Of a stretch of 64,000 nucleotides of DNA, positions 58,127 through 64,000 are shown piece by piece. The stretch is from Candidatus Aenigmatarchaeota archaeon (lineage in GTDB: Archaea > Aenigmatarchaeota > Aenigmatarchaeia > CG10238-14 > SCSR01). The stretch lies in contig JAWCSL010000002.1 in assembly GCA_039090665.1 (NCBI GenBank), positions 36,809 to 100,808 of the forward strand, written 5' to 3'. The position numbers were made by a program, and so were the translations under genes. Below the pieces are notes generated by a model, which saw nothing but the letters and a program-made list of their open reading frames with translations, did no database searches and was not told where the DNA came from. The stretch's first letter is position 1. The number at the start of each line of letters is the position of its first letter.

Positions 58127-58240
58127 AAATAACCTCCTCGATGGATTATAAGATAGAGAAAGAAGGCTTTAAGCTTACAGGAGAAGTCGCTCACCCATCT
58201 CGCTCACTAAATTATTTTTAGGATAAAAAGATTAAAAAGC
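58127..58240 (-). promoter_or_regulatory. leuS leader: TATA-like element, Leu-codon uORF, anti-SD and strong SD
   Basis: Minus strand reads aaagctttttaatc (TATA-like) ... GTGAGCGAG ATG GGT GAG CGA CTT CTC CTG TAA gcttaa AGCCTTCTT tctctatcttataatccatc GAGGAGGTT attt ATG. Confidence 0.65.
58175..58198 (-). CDS. Putative leucine leader peptide MGERLLL*
   Basis: Eight codons ending in CTT CTC CTG TAA, 48 nt upstream of leuS; in-frame alternative GTG start at 58207. Confidence 0.65.
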   Translation of the reverse strand: MGERLLL

Positions 58241-58456
58241 TTTGGGTTTATAACACTTTTTTACAGGATAAATTAGAGTCCAATTTTTCGTAATTAGTTA
58301 AAAACACGAGACTACTAATGAAATTTATGAACAGGCATTTTTGATTATATATTGCATCTGAGCAACATCAGGAATATGAATAAATCGAATTCCATAACCA
58401 AATGGAATAAGAAAAAAAGATTAGCAACACAGAAGCACACATAGTTTTAGACTATT

Positions 58457-59464
58457 TCATGTAGTCTGCAATTTTTCTATTATTCGGTTTGTAAATTCGT
58501 CAGTACTCATTCCAATGAAATTCATATTTCCATCAATTTTTCCATTTTCATAACTTTCTTTTAAGACTTCATCTGTAATTTCCTCTAGCTTTCTTCCTTT
58601 TTCATCCCATCCAAAAGAATACAACATCAGACTTAAAGCTCTAATAGCTCCTGTAGGGTTAATTCTTTCTCTTTGTCCCCTTTCTATTAAATCGTCTGCC
58701 GTGCCATGTACAGGCTCAAAAATATTTGCTTTTTCACCTATGGCAGCACTTCCCAGTGACCAAGGGGGTACAGGTGAAATCGAGGAAGCTAAATCTCCTT
58801 GAGAGTTTTCCAACACGATAACTTTTCCATTTAAAGTTGCAGGATTTTGTGCGATTTTGTGGAAGCAATCATCCACATTTATTTTTTCTTTTGGAACTAA
58901 AGGATAATTTTTTCCAACTTCATCAAATATTTCATTCCAAAAACCATCTCCCATTTTTATGACAGTTGGTTTGGAAGCACAAATAACACCAAGCTTATTT
59001 CTTTCAGCATACTCGAAGGCTTTTGAGAAGAAACTTCCCAATTGTTTTCTAGAAAACACTCTTTCTGTGATAACAATTTCATCATCATTAATTTCTCTTC
59101 TTTCTTTTCCGGAATACAGCCCTTCTCTACCTTGTCTAAAAATAATAAAATTGTAAGATTCTTTTGACCAAGGAAGACTTTTTATCGGTCTTATGATAGC
59201 ATTTACTTGGGCAACATCTCTCATGTAAACTACAGCACTTTTTGACATGCCTTTTGTGTTTATCGGGCCTTTGAATATATTTCTATTTCTATCTACAAGA
59301 TTTTCTATATCTTTGTAAATTGACTCTCCTCTTTCCTTCCAAGTTTTTTGACTTATTAAATATTCTTCAAATTCTAATTCAGGAGCTATATATGAAGCTA
59401 TCTTAACTACAGAATTTACTACATATGGACCAACACCATCCCCCGGCACAACAGCAACTTTCAT
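58457..59464 (-). CDS. Isocitrate/isopropylmalate dehydrogenase family protein (LeuB-like, divergent)
   Basis: PGDGVG, KGP, REGLY, VDD, FEPVHGTA and INPTG motifs; follows leuC/leuD-like genes. Confidence 0.85.
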   Translation of the reverse strand: MKVAVVPGDGVGPYVVNSVVKIASYIAPELEFEEYLISQKTWKERGESIYKDIENLVDRNRNIFKGPINTKGMSKSAVVYMRDVAQVNAIIRPIKSLPWSKESYNFIIFRQGREGLYSGKERREINDDEIVITERVFSRKQLGSFFSKAFEYAERNKLGVICASKPTVIKMGDGFWNEIFDEVGKNYPLVPKEKINVDDCFHKIAQNPATLNGKVIVLENSQGDLASSISPVPPWSLGSAAIGEKANIFEPVHGTADDLIERGQRERINPTGAIRALSLMLYSFGWDEKGRKLEEITDEVLKESYENGKIDGNMNFIGMSTDEFTNRIIEKLQTT

Positions 59465-59937
59465 TTCTGATAACCCCCATGTTTCTTTAAGTAATTAATC
59501 AGGCCCCCACTTTTGCAAATTTCTAAAATAAAATCTGGTACCTTTTTCAGCTCATAAGTTCCTTTTTCTGTAATCAATTTATAATTTTCCAAATCAACTT
59601 TTGCTTCTTCCCCATCTTCTATTTCCACAGGCTTTTCAAGTTGTAAAGGCAAGAGCCCAATGTTTACACAATTTCTATAGAAAATCCATCCGTAAGATTC
59701 TGCAATTAGATAAACACCTTTTGCTTTTAATCCTATTGCTGCATGTTCTCTACTAGACCCACAACCGAAATTTTTTCCTGCTATGATTACATCTCCCGGT
59801 TCTGCATTTTTAAACTCTTCCTTCTTGTATACAAATAGATTTTTGGCTAGTTCTTTAGGATCAGTTGTAATATTAAGCCTACCAGGAATTATGTCATCAG
59901 TGCTTACATCATCACCAAAAACCCAAACCCTACCCAT
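59461..59937 (-). CDS. leuD: 3-isopropylmalate dehydratase/homoaconitase small subunit
   Basis: GDDVSTDDIIPG, NFGCGSSREHA and IFYRNCVNIGL motifs. Confidence 0.88.
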   Translation of the reverse strand: MGRVWVFGDDVSTDDIIPGRLNITTDPKELAKNLFVYKKEEFKNAEPGDVIIAGKNFGCGSSREHAAIGLKAKGVYLIAESYGWIFYRNCVNIGLLPLQLEKPVEIEDGEEAKVDLENYKLITEKGTYELKKVPDFILEICKSGGLINYLKKHGGYQK

Positions 59938-61135
59938 TTAAATACCCCCTTGGATCAGCAATTCTACCTTCGATTGCAGTAGCTGCTGCAGTTGCAGGAG
60001 AGGCTAGGTATATCTCGGCAGTTGGGTCTCCCATTCTTCCCTCATAATTTCTATTACTAGTGGAAACACACACTTGATTTTTTCCCAATACACCTGCTTG
60101 CCTTCCTAGACATGGACCGCAAGAAGGTGGTAGTACCACCATTGCCCCGGCTCTAACAAAAATATCTATCAAACCTTCTTTGTAAGCTTCTTCATAAGTT
60201 TTTAGAGTTGCTGGAATGATTAGAGTTCTTGTGTAAGGATTGACTTTTCTCCCTTTCAATATTTTGGCAACTTCTCTCAAATCGTAAATCGTGCCGTTGG
60301 TGCAACTTCCTATGAAAATTTGATCAACTTCTTTGCCAGCAACTTCTCTAACAGCTTTAATATTATGTGGTTTGTGAGGACATGCTATGAGTGGTTCTAA
60401 TTTCTCAACTTCTATTTCCAATTCTTTAGCATATATCGGGTTTTCTGGAAATAGTCCATATTCTTCTAAATAGAAAATCTCTGTGATTGCACCAACTTCA
60501 GTTGCCATTAAACCAATTGGCATGCGTTCATATGGAGTTAATTTCTTAAGGAAGCTTCCACTAAATTCGATTGCTTTATCTAGTGCACCATCTGCTCCTA
60601 GTTCACCCACATATTTGAGAGAAACATCTTTCGGATAAATACCTTTTCTTGGTTCACCTTCAATTTTTATGTGAATACTTTCCGGAATTTGGATCCAAGT
60701 CTCACCAGTTTTCCAACATGCTGCTATATCAGTTGATCCCATCCCAAGTCCAAGAGCTCCAGCAACACCATAGCAGGGTGTGTGTGAATCACCCCCAACA
60801 ATAACATCCCAAGGTCTTACAAAACCTTCTTCTAACATCAACGCATGACAAATGCCTTGACCTTCATAAAAATTTATTCCATACTTCTTACAAAACTCTT
60901 TAATTATTTTTTGATTGTATGAAGCTTCAGGAAAGGAAGGAGGACAAATATGATCAAAAACTATAATCATTTTTTCTTTTTTAGGTTTTGCCCCTTCTTT
61001 CTCAAATTCTTCGAAAGACTCGATAGCCAAAGGTGTTGTTTGGTCATGTGACATTATCATATCTACTGGCAGAATTGCAATATCACCTTCAACTCTACCC
61101 TTTTTCTTTATTATTTTTTCTATAACTGTACCCAT
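59930..61135 (-). CDS. leuC: 3-isopropylmalate dehydratase/homoaconitase large subunit
   Basis: GICH, GGDSHT, GSCTNG, CGPCLG, STSNRNYEGRMG and YLASP motifs. Confidence 0.88.
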   Translation of the reverse strand: MGTVIEKIIKKKGRVEGDIAILPVDMIMSHDQTTPLAIESFEEFEKEGAKPKKEKMIIVFDHICPPSFPEASYNQKIIKEFCKKYGINFYEGQGICHALMLEEGFVRPWDVIVGGDSHTPCYGVAGALGLGMGSTDIAACWKTGETWIQIPESIHIKIEGEPRKGIYPKDVSLKYVGELGADGALDKAIEFSGSFLKKLTPYERMPIGLMATEVGAITEIFYLEEYGLFPENPIYAKELEIEVEKLEPLIACPHKPHNIKAVREVAGKEVDQIFIGSCTNGTIYDLREVAKILKGRKVNPYTRTLIIPATLKTYEEAYKEGLIDIFVRAGAMVVLPPSCGPCLGRQAGVLGKNQVCVSTSNRNYEGRMGDPTAEIYLASPATAAATAIEGRIADPRGYLNG

Positions 61136-61181
61136 TATCTCTTTTTTTAAAGATGGTTAGTTAAATTTAAAAAGTTGTTTT

Positions 61182-63137
61182 TTAAATCATGGCTATAATT
61201 TCTTTCAGCTTTTCCACGCTTTCAGGGTTTGCCAAAGTGGAAACATCTCCTGGTTCTTCCTTCTTGATTAAATTTTTAATTATCCTCCTCATTATTTTCC
61301 CGCTTCTTGTTTTAGGCAAATCTTGCACATAAACAATCTTTGCAGGCTTTGCTATTGGCCCAATTCTCTTGGCCACAAGCTCTACCAGCTCAGAAGAAAG
61401 TTTTTCACTTGCTTCAAAACCTGCTTTCAAAACAACAAAAGCTATAGGAACTTCACCTTTAATTTCGTCAGGCAATCCAACAACAGCAGATTCAACAACA
61501 GCTTCATGTTGATTAATCACATCTTCAATTTCAGCATTAGATAAGCGATGACCAGCAACTTTCAGCACATCATCTATTCTTCCTGTAATTCTAATCAAAC
61601 CATTTTCATCTTTCAAAGCTCCGTCTCCAGCAAGGTAAATTTCCTTTCCATACTTGCTGAAGTAAGTTTCCTCATATTTTTCCGGATCTTTGTAAATTCC
61701 TCTAAACATACCAGGAGGAAAAGGAGGCAATATAACAAGATTTCCTATTTGGTTTGTTTGACAAGGTTTACCTTCTTCATCCAGTATATCAACTTTTATC
61801 CCAGGAAAAGGCAAACCAACATGAGCTGGCTTGAAAGGTCCAATTCCTGGCAAAGAAGTTATCAGTATGCCGCCAGTCTCAGTTTGCCACCAAGTGTCAA
61901 CTATTAGACATCTTTTCTTCCCCACATTTTCAAAATACCATTTCCAAGCACCTTCATCTATTACTTCACCAACCGAGCCCAAAAGTCTCAAACTTTTGAA
62001 CTTATACTTCTTTACAGCTTCTCCACTCAATTTTTCAAACATTCTAATTGCAGTAGGCGCTGTGTAGAAAATTGTCACCTTATATTTTTCAATTATTTGG
62101 GCCCATCTATCTGGGCTTGGAAAATCTAAAGAGCCTTCAAAAATCAAAGTTGTTATACCATTTAACAATGGAGAGTAGCAAACATATGTATGCCCTGTGA
62201 CCCAACCTAAATCAGAAGTACACCAAAGCAAGTCATCTTCATGAAAATCAAAAATCCATTTTCCAGTCCAATAAGCTTGAACAGTATAGCCTCCACAAAC
62301 ATGCATACAGCCTTTAGGCTTTCCTGTAGAGCCTGATGTGTACAATATAAAAAGCAAATCTTCAGAATCCATAACCTCAGCTTCACATTCTTCGCTTTCT
62401 CTTTCAACAATCTCATGCCACCAAAAATCTTGTCCAGAATTCCAAGCAATTTGGTTACCAATCCTTTTCACCACAACAATTTTCTTTACACTAGTTTCTT
62501 TTATTCCTTCATCAGCATTTTCTTTCAAGTTAATAATTTTTCCTCTACGATAGTACCCATCAGCAGTTATAAGTAACTTTGCTTTTGTGAGTTGAAGCCT
62601 TACTCTCAAGGCTTCAGGAGAAAAAGCCGAAAAGATAACTGTATGTACAGCCCCTATCCTCGCACAAGCTAGCATGGAAATTATGGCTTCAGGAATCATG
62701 GGCAAGTAAATTCCAACCACATCTCCCTTCCTAACACCAAGTTTTTTAAAAGCATTTGCAGCTTTGTTGACTTGTTTGAAAAGATCTTCATAAGTTAAAA
62801 TTCTTGGTTTCTCTTCAACTGGTTCAGGCTCCCAAATTATAGCCGGTTTGTTCTTGATCTTCTCCCAGTTGATCCTTTTCTCAAAAATGTTTGAAGTTAT
62901 GTTTATTTTTCCACCCAAAAACCATTTGAAGTAAGGCGGTTCATGCTCAAAAGCTCTCTCCCATCTCTTGAACCAAAAGAGCCTATCAGCCAAATCTTCC
63001 CAAAATTTCACAGGATCTTTATTTGCTTCTTCATAAATTTTCTTGTCGCTAACCCATGCTTTATTCTTCATCTTCCTCGAGGGCCAATAAAGTTCACCCT
63101 TCTTTTCAACCCAAGAATTTCCAAAACCAAAAATCAT
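61182..63137 (-). CDS. acs: AMP-forming acetyl-CoA synthetase
   Basis: LYTSGSTGKPKG, GWVTGH, DTWWQTETG, GRIDD and LPKTRSGKIMRR motifs. Confidence 0.93.
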   Translation of the reverse strand: MIFGFGNSWVEKKGELYWPSRKMKNKAWVSDKKIYEEANKDPVKFWEDLADRLFWFKRWERAFEHEPPYFKWFLGGKINITSNIFEKRINWEKIKNKPAIIWEPEPVEEKPRILTYEDLFKQVNKAANAFKKLGVRKGDVVGIYLPMIPEAIISMLACARIGAVHTVIFSAFSPEALRVRLQLTKAKLLITADGYYRRGKIINLKENADEGIKETSVKKIVVVKRIGNQIAWNSGQDFWWHEIVERESEECEAEVMDSEDLLFILYTSGSTGKPKGCMHVCGGYTVQAYWTGKWIFDFHEDDLLWCTSDLGWVTGHTYVCYSPLLNGITTLIFEGSLDFPSPDRWAQIIEKYKVTIFYTAPTAIRMFEKLSGEAVKKYKFKSLRLLGSVGEVIDEGAWKWYFENVGKKRCLIVDTWWQTETGGILITSLPGIGPFKPAHVGLPFPGIKVDILDEEGKPCQTNQIGNLVILPPFPPGMFRGIYKDPEKYEETYFSKYGKEIYLAGDGALKDENGLIRITGRIDDVLKVAGHRLSNAEIEDVINQHEAVVESAVVGLPDEIKGEVPIAFVVLKAGFEASEKLSSELVELVAKRIGPIAKPAKIVYVQDLPKTRSGKIMRRIIKNLIKKEEPGDVSTLANPESVEKLKEIIAMI

Positions 63138-63170
63138 ATAGTTTTAATTATTCTTTTTATGGTAAAAAAC

Positions 63171-63740
63171 TTACAGTTTAAACGCTTCTTCAAAAACTTT
63201 CTTGTTGGCTTCCAAGAATTGCGGTCTTATCTTTTTAGAAACAGCTTTCCAAGTATTTTCTTTTCTTATTGGCAAAAGCTTCTTCTTCACAGCATAGCCA
63301 AGCATGAAGATGTTGCTCATTGCAGCTTCTCCTGTGAGCTTTTCCACAATCTCGCTAGCATTCACAGCTTCAACTCTAGCAATTTTTTTCATTTCTTCCA
63401 AGATTTTTTTTGCATCTAAAATTCTAGCTAAAGGCTTCGGGCTTAGCAGCTTTTTATCTGTAAGCACAACAGTTCTCTTGTTAGCATAATAACAAGCTCT
63501 CCAAGCTTCCAAAGCATCTAGGGCTATTATTAAATCAGCTCCTGCTTTTCTCACCAAAGGTGAAAAAACTTTTTCTCCAAATCTAACATGACACTGCAGA
63601 GCTCCTCCTCTTTGAGAAAGACCATGAACTTCTACTGCTTTAACATCATACCCTTCTTCAATCGCTGCTCTAGCTATTATTTCAGCTAAGCTCAAAACTC
63701 CTTGACCACCATAGCCTGCAACAACCAAATTGAATTTCAT
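63171..63740 (-). CDS. iorB: Indolepyruvate:ferredoxin oxidoreductase subunit beta
   Basis: MKFNLVVAGYGGQG, EVHGLSQRGG and HVRFG motifs; likely start is ATG 63740 with a GGGTGG SD. Confidence 0.88.
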   Translation of the reverse strand: MKFNLVVAGYGGQGVLSLAEIIARAAIEEGYDVKAVEVHGLSQRGGALQCHVRFGEKVFSPLVRKAGADLIIALDALEAWRACYYANKRTVVLTDKKLLSPKPLARILDAKKILEEMKKIARVEAVNASEIVEKLTGEAAMSNIFMLGYAVKKKLLPIRKENTWKAVSKKIRPQFLEANKKVFEEAFKL

Positions 63741-64000
63741 TTTTCCACCCTTGGTTTTATTCCTTTGAAAATTTGAGTGCAAACACCACAACCCCAGCAA
63801 AGATTTTGATCTATGTAAAACTTTTCTTCTTTTCTTATCGCCGGACAACCAAAAGCTTTTAGTTCTTCAGCTTTTTCTTCATCAGGCTGTTCAACAAACT
63901 CAAACTTAGGAATTTTTGCTCCACTTCTTGCGAGCTTCCTCACGGTTTGAAGCCTACATTCACCTCTTGCAACTATAAGACTTACCCCCGGCAAAGAATA
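63737..64000 (-). CDS. iorA: Indolepyruvate:ferredoxin oxidoreductase subunit alpha, C-terminus (partial)
   Basis: GVSLIVARGEC, FGCPAI and CWGCGVCTQI ferredoxin-like tail directly upstream of iorB. Confidence 0.8.
   Translation of the reverse strand, partial: YSLPGVSLIVARGECRLQTVRKLARSGAKIPKFEFVEQPDEEKAEELKAFGCPAIRKEEKFYIDQNLCWGCGVCTQIFKGIKPRVEK

Noticed and set aside
58389..58408. Small inverted repeat ATTCCAT-n6-ATGGAAT downstream of the leuB-like gene
   Set aside because: A 7-bp AT-rich stem is expected by chance, and no second copy supports a terminator or operator call.
63741..63848. N-terminal extensions in the ORF track (iorB from 63848, ileS from 45107, thioredoxin-like from 54685)
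   Set aside because: They overlap neighbouring genes or promoters; downstream ATGs match family N-termini better.

Overview
AT-rich archaeal chromosomal segment, most likely from a DPANN lineage such as Aenigmarchaeota (inferred from gene content and short intergenic spacers, not from a search). Housekeeping genes include aCPSF1/FttA, the proteasome beta subunit, aIF5B, five aminoacyl-tRNA synthetases (Pro, His, Ile, Ala, Leu) and tRNA-Arg(CCT). DNA-repair genes are mre11, rad50, herA and the PINA ATPase. A type IV pilus locus (class III signal-peptide pilins, two TadC-like platforms, a secretion ATPase, KaiC-like and CBS regulators) sits between mre11-rad50 and herA. The window also has large surface proteins, one with an exact 465-bp internal duplication; peptidases; purD and a frameshifted purF; several decaying genes; and an iorA-iorB-acs-leuC-leuD-leuB-like-leuS run. 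The most striking unannotated signal is a tiny ORF (MGERLLL*) with three tandem Leu codons in a potentially structured leader directly upstream of leuS. It is a candidate leucine-sensing translational attenuator in an archaeon, and a weaker analogue (MKGDTRI*) lies upstream of ileS. Other elements absent from or mis-started in the ORF track: a stand-alone TFB-type zinc ribbon, a 53-aa mini-paralogue of the AlaRS tail, and a Cys-rich gene split at CTT-TAA.
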